In this document: positions 60,479-64,000 of the stretch, piece after piece
How positions within the stretch are numbered: position 1 is the stretch's first letter
Layout of the letters: each line of letters begins with the position of its first letter
From: Pseudomonadota bacterium
GTDB lineage: Bacteria; Pseudomonadota; Gammaproteobacteria; Burkholderiales; Sulfuriferulaceae
NCBI GenBank assembly: GCA_021795395.1
Contig: JAJYPN010000001.1
Span: 82,468-146,467 of the forward strand
Length of the DNA stretch: 64,000 nt
Direction of reading: 5' to 3'
Position numbers and translations under genes: made by a program
Notes under the pieces: generated by a model
What the model was told of the DNA's origin: nothing
Seen by the model: the letters and a program-made list of their open reading frames with translations, nothing else
Databases searched by the model: none

Positions 60479-62806
60479 TCAATGGCTGCGGCTTCGGCCC
60501 TGCAACCGTCCGATCAAGCGGTCAACCGCGCGCTCGGTCAAGGAAGTGGTTTTTATCACTCGCGCGTCACCGCTGCGCAAGCGCGCAGCGAGCCTGGGCA
60601 AGGCGATAGTAATCGCGTTCAGTCCCTGATTATTGGTAAACAGATAAACGCCGCGCAATGAACTGACCCACGACAAACGCGCCGGATGGCTACCGCCACC
60701 GGCATCGGCGAATTCCAGCCACATGCCTTTTTTAAGCGCGCGCGCCTGTTCGGTAAATTCATCTTCGTCCAGCGATTCCACCGGATCGGTTGCAAAATCG
60801 AAATGCTCGGTTACTTCATCGATCGTCTCGATAACGGGTACTGCCTGCGCCGAAGTCGAATCGAGCGCGGAAGCGTACGCTTCGGCATCGGCGCCTTGCA
60901 ATGTTGCCTGCGATTGCAGGCCGGCTTTGACCGCTACCGCATGACACGACACCAGCCCGGCAAAAATAACTTCTCGTTGAGCGGAATCGAACTGGATCAA
61001 ATTCATGCCGTCGCGTAATTGCTTCAACAAATCCGGCAACATGGAAACCAGGCCCAGACGATCCTCGGTATTCAGCTTGGGAGTAACGCTCCATAGCAGA
61101 TCGCGCATGGTTTTCAAAGAACCTTGCCAGGCAACGCCATGCTCGCCTTCATGCAGATAGACATGCAACAGGACACGCTGCCAGGTATTCCTGACAAACT
61201 GCACGATCAAATCCGGATAAAGCGGTTCTGCGCGACCGGAAATATCAGCATCGCCGTTTTCGCTGCATACGCGATTAATGATGTCCTGCACGACAGCAAC
61301 AGCCTCCTGCATGCGTTCCGTCTGTTCCAGTGCTTGCGCGGTTTCGTTCGCCGCGAGTTGCGCTTCGGTTTCATGAGCCGCGACAAAAGCTTCCAGATCC
61401 TGCAGCAGTTTTTCAAATACGCTGGCATCTTCCGTGAAATCATTGATTACGGTTTGTACGATAGCGCTCAATTTGGCGTACAGCGCCGCATTGTAAGCGC
61501 CGGTTTCCGTCCAGCCTACCGAAGCGCTTGCCATTTCATCGAGCAAACGGCGCGCCGGATGCGCTTTTTTGGAAAAAAACTGGCGGTCGAGCATCGCGAT
61601 TTTCAATACGGGAATCTGCAAACGACCGATCAGGGCTTTTAATGCCGCGGGAATATTTTCGTCGTCGAACACATAATCGAACAACATGGCGACGATGTCG
61701 ATCACGAAATCGTCAGTTCGGCTCGTTGCCTGCACCAGACCGGCATCGCGGATATCACGCAGGACATTGGTGGTACCCGCCTGAATGACGGCAGGGTCCA
61801 GATTAAAGCCGGTAGTCGCGGCGTACTGTCCGCGCTGCAATAGCGTCAATGCTGCAATCTGGTTAGCCGTCACTTGCGCCGATACCTGTTGCGGAGGGTT
61901 GGCCTGCACAGCAGCTCCGGCGGCAGTCCCGTAGCCGGACGGCGCTTGGCTAAGCTGCTGGCTCAGCAATTGCTGCAAAAACGCGAATACATCGACTTTA
62001 TCCGTGTTTCCCGCAGCTTCGCCGGCGGCCGACGAGGTAAATCCGTCCGTTGCCGCAGCCTGATTTTTTGTGACGATGCGCTGACGGTCGCGCGTTCCGC
62101 TCATGCCTACCTTGATCGACGGCAATATGCCTTTTTCCACCAGAAACTGATTGATCGTCTGATACGTTTTGGGCAAAACAGGACCGATATGCATATCGAA
62201 ATGATGCAGCAATATCAGCCTGACACGGGAATTCGTTTCCAATTCCTTACTGGCAGCGAGAAACGCCTCGCATAAATATTTGGGCGCAAAAGGATTCGCC
62301 GCATTTCTGTCCGGCGGAATCCGTAACAGCGCTGCGATGCGCTGTTCCAGCGCCGCCAGTTCCTCTACCGCGTTCATCTGCATGCGCGTAGCCGATTTGC
62401 TGAGCGCCAGCGATTCTTCGAAAGCCGCTTCGTCGACCAGCGACAGATCCAGGTCGGAAGTGATCTCGGCGGACGCGGTCGCAGTATTCCGATTGCCGCG
62501 CAACTCCGCTTCCACCGCGACGATAAAATGCTTGCGCAAGCCGGCATTCAACGATTCGTTGCGGTTACGCAACAAACCCTGCGCCTGATAATATAAATTT
62601 CTATTTTCGAGTATCGGGGAATTTTCTGCCAGATCGATCAAATCGTTCTCGACCTGTACCCTTTTTTCGCTCCAGACCTGGTCGACCGCTTTCATCAGCC
62701 GGTCCCGGCATTCCTTAAGCAGCAGGTTGACTTCACCGGAGCTCAACAATTGTCTGGGTTTATCGAATTGCGATAAATTCACCACATTGCGTTGCCTGTT
62801 TTCCAT
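60479..62806 (-). CDS. DUF1631-family protein
   Basis: Start MENRQRNVV, preceded by GGAGAG. The N-terminus LLKECRDRLMKAV..NLYYQAQGLLRNR and the central LKIAMLDRQFFSKKAHPARRLLDEMA match my memory of the DUF1631 profile. 775 aa. Confidence 0.7.
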   Translation of the reverse strand: MENRQRNVVNLSQFDKPRQLLSSGEVNLLLKECRDRLMKAVDQVWSEKRVQVENDLIDLAENSPILENRNLYYQAQGLLRNRNESLNAGLRKHFIVAVEAELRGNRNTATASAEITSDLDLSLVDEAAFEESLALSKSATRMQMNAVEELAALEQRIAALLRIPPDRNAANPFAPKYLCEAFLAASKELETNSRVRLILLHHFDMHIGPVLPKTYQTINQFLVEKGILPSIKVGMSGTRDRQRIVTKNQAAATDGFTSSAAGEAAGNTDKVDVFAFLQQLLSQQLSQAPSGYGTAAGAAVQANPPQQVSAQVTANQIAALTLLQRGQYAATTGFNLDPAVIQAGTTNVLRDIRDAGLVQATSRTDDFVIDIVAMLFDYVFDDENIPAALKALIGRLQIPVLKIAMLDRQFFSKKAHPARRLLDEMASASVGWTETGAYNAALYAKLSAIVQTVINDFTEDASVFEKLLQDLEAFVAAHETEAQLAANETAQALEQTERMQEAVAVVQDIINRVCSENGDADISGRAEPLYPDLIVQFVRNTWQRVLLHVYLHEGEHGVAWQGSLKTMRDLLWSVTPKLNTEDRLGLVSMLPDLLKQLRDGMNLIQFDSAQREVIFAGLVSCHAVAVKAGLQSQATLQGADAEAYASALDSTSAQAVPVIETIDEVTEHFDFATDPVESLDEDEFTEQARALKKGMWLEFADAGGGSHPARLSWVSSLRGVYLFTNNQGLNAITIALPRLAARLRSGDARVIKTTSLTERAVDRLIGRLQGRSRSH

Positions 62807-63022
62807 TATGCCGCTCTCCTCGCCCGTTCCGCAGACAACCCTGTTCCGGGATACTGCCGGAAATACGTGAACAGCCGGCAACCGTATTTTTGCAAGCGTT
62901 CAGATTTCATTTTAGACCATAACGGTGTTATTAATAGTTTATCTTCAGATGTTTTTTTTGTTGCAGAAAAGATTATCTGATGCGAGAACAATCGAAAACA
63001 TGCCGACAACGAACGAACCGAT

Positions 63023-63096
63023 TGGAGCGGGTGATGGGGATCGAACCCACGTCTAGAGCTTGGGAAGCTTTCGTTCTACCATTGAACTACACCCGC
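63023..63096 (-). tRNA. tRNA-Gly (anticodon CCC)
   Basis: Reverse complement: GCGGGTGTAGTTCAATGGTAGAACGAAAGCTTCCCAAGCTCTAGACGTGGGTTCGATCCCCATCACCCGCTCCA. It folds as a cloverleaf with a TTCGATC T-loop, a CTTCCCAAG anticodon loop and an encoded CCA. Confidence 0.93.
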
Positions 63097-63146
63097 TGTG
63101 GTAAAATCAACTTCTTATCATACTCGAATCTGCGAGGAAATTGAAG

Positions 63147-63350
63147 GTGATCGAACTGACCATTAACGGCGCGCGCAAACAACTGCATCAGTCCGCAACC
63201 GTCGCCGACCTCATTATCGAACTCGACATTGCCGGCAAAAGACTGGCCATAGAACGCAATGGCGACATCGTTCCGCGCAGCGCTTATCCGGCAACGCGGC
63301 TGCATGCCGACGACAAGCTGGAAATCGTCGTCGCCGTCGGCGGCGGCTAG
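63147..63350 (+). CDS. thiS: sulfur-carrier protein ThiS
   Basis: GTG start 7 nt after GAGGAAA, chosen over the track's TTG at 63141. ~67 aa ending in VGGG (C-terminal Gly-Gly). Confidence 0.9.
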   Translation: MIELTINGARKQLHQSATVADLIIELDIAGKRLAIERNGDIVPRSAYPATRLHADDKLEIVVAVGGG

Positions 63351-63389
63351 GCACCGCTCTTTTACTATTTCATCGGACACACTTAACTT

Positions 63390-64000
63390 ATGGACGAATT
63401 GATCATAGCCGGCAAAACCTATCGGTCGCGCTTATTGGTAGGCACCGGCAAATATCGCGATTTCGAGCAGACGCGACTGGCGGTCGAAGCGAGCGGCGCG
63501 GAAATCGTCACCGTCGCGATACGCCGCACCAATCTCGGCCAGGACGCCGGACAGCCGAATCTGCTCGACAGCTTGCCGCCGGCGAAATATACCTATCTGC
63601 CCAATACGGCGGGTTGTTACACCGCCGACGACGCGGTGCGAACCCTGCGCCTGGCGCGCGAATTGCTGGACGGCCACGATCTGGTCAAGCTCGAAGTGCT
63701 GGGCGACCCGAAAAGTCTGTATCCCAACGTGATAGAAACGATCAAGGCGGCTGAAATTCTGATCCGGGAAGGCTTCAAGGTCATGGTGTACACTTCCGAC
63801 GATCCCATCGTCGCCCGGCAATTCGCAGCGATGGGCTGCGTTGCCGTCATGCCACTGGCGTCGCTGATCGGCTCGGGGATGGGCATACTCAATCCGTGGA
63901 ATCTGCAGATCATCATTAACGAATTGCAGGTGCCCGTCATCGTCGATGCGGGAGTAGGCACCGCCAGCGATGCCGCCATCGCGATGGAACTCGGCTGCGC
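63390..64000 (+). CDS. thiG: thiazole synthase ThiG (3' end runs off the window)
   Basis: Own translation: [46 protein letters not shown]...[14 protein letters not shown]...[14 protein letters not shown]...[19 protein letters not shown]. Confidence 0.93.
   Translation, partial: MDELIIAGKTYRSRLLVGTGKYRDFEQTRLAVEASGAEIVTVAIRRTNLGQDAGQPNLLDSLPPAKYTYLPNTAGCYTADDAVRTLRLARELLDGHDLVKLEVLGDPKSLYPNVIETIKAAEILIREGFKVMVYTSDDPIVARQFAAMGCVAVMPLASLIGSGMGILNPWNLQIIINELQVPVIVDAGVGTASDAAIAMELGC

Noticed and set aside
62806-63009. 67-aa minus-strand ORF between the DUF1631 gene and tRNA-Gly.
   Set aside because: It ends at the DUF1631 start codon (its stop codon overlaps that ATG) and spans that gene's RBS. 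It has no RBS of its own and an implausible composition.
63097-63146. TPP riboswitch expected in front of thiS-thiG.
   Set aside because: Only ~50 nt separate the tRNA-Gly gene from thiS. The conserved CTGAGA / ACCTGA-type elements are absent, so there is no room for a ~100-nt aptamer.

Overview
64-kb chromosomal segment, almost entirely coding. Gene content and order look like a sulfur-oxidising betaproteobacterial lithotroph. That is an inference from murB sitting between murC and ddl in the dcw cluster, soxXYZAB without soxCD, and NasA/NirBD nitrate assimilation. Left to right: partial COG1565 methyltransferase; pteridine-reductase-like SDR; DUF2863-like protein; secA; dciA-like gene; lpxC plus a complete 16-gene dcw cluster (mraZ to ftsZ, minus strand, 7.6-25 kb) with a readable promoter and MraZ operator; an AT-rich ~0.9-kb spacer; yaeQ-dut-coaBC; a stand-alone cNMP-binding protein; radC-rpmB-rpmG; a membrane GGDEF cyclase; a three-gene GT-C / DprE1-like / DprE2-like operon; secB-SH3-gpsA; a decayed IS3-family remnant. 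Then comes a ~13-kb nitrate-assimilation block on the minus strand: moaC, small secreted protein, nasA, ybiB-like, cobA, nirB, nirD, Cache-like membrane protein, cbiX, then narK and a PP2C/Ser-Thr-kinase fusion. After that: soxXYZAB; alaS; two large uncharacterised proteins (one with a PilZ-like C-terminus, one DUF1631-like); tRNA-Gly(CCC); thiS and partial thiG. I saw no CRISPR array, rRNA, prophage or recognisable defence system. The best candidates for undescribed biology are: (1) the mycobacterial-type DprE1/DprE2 epimerase pair coupled to a GT-C glycosyltransferase in a Gram-negative background with no obvious acceptor; (2) two unexpected genes translationally coupled inside the nitrate-assimilation operon, a YbiB/TrpD2 homologue and a Cache-like/4-TM protein; (3) the PilZ-like / DUF1631 pair. 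The ORF track extends to the farthest ATG/GTG/TTG, so many starts were trimmed using homology, RBS position and start/stop overlaps. All family assignments come from reading motifs by eye, not from searches.
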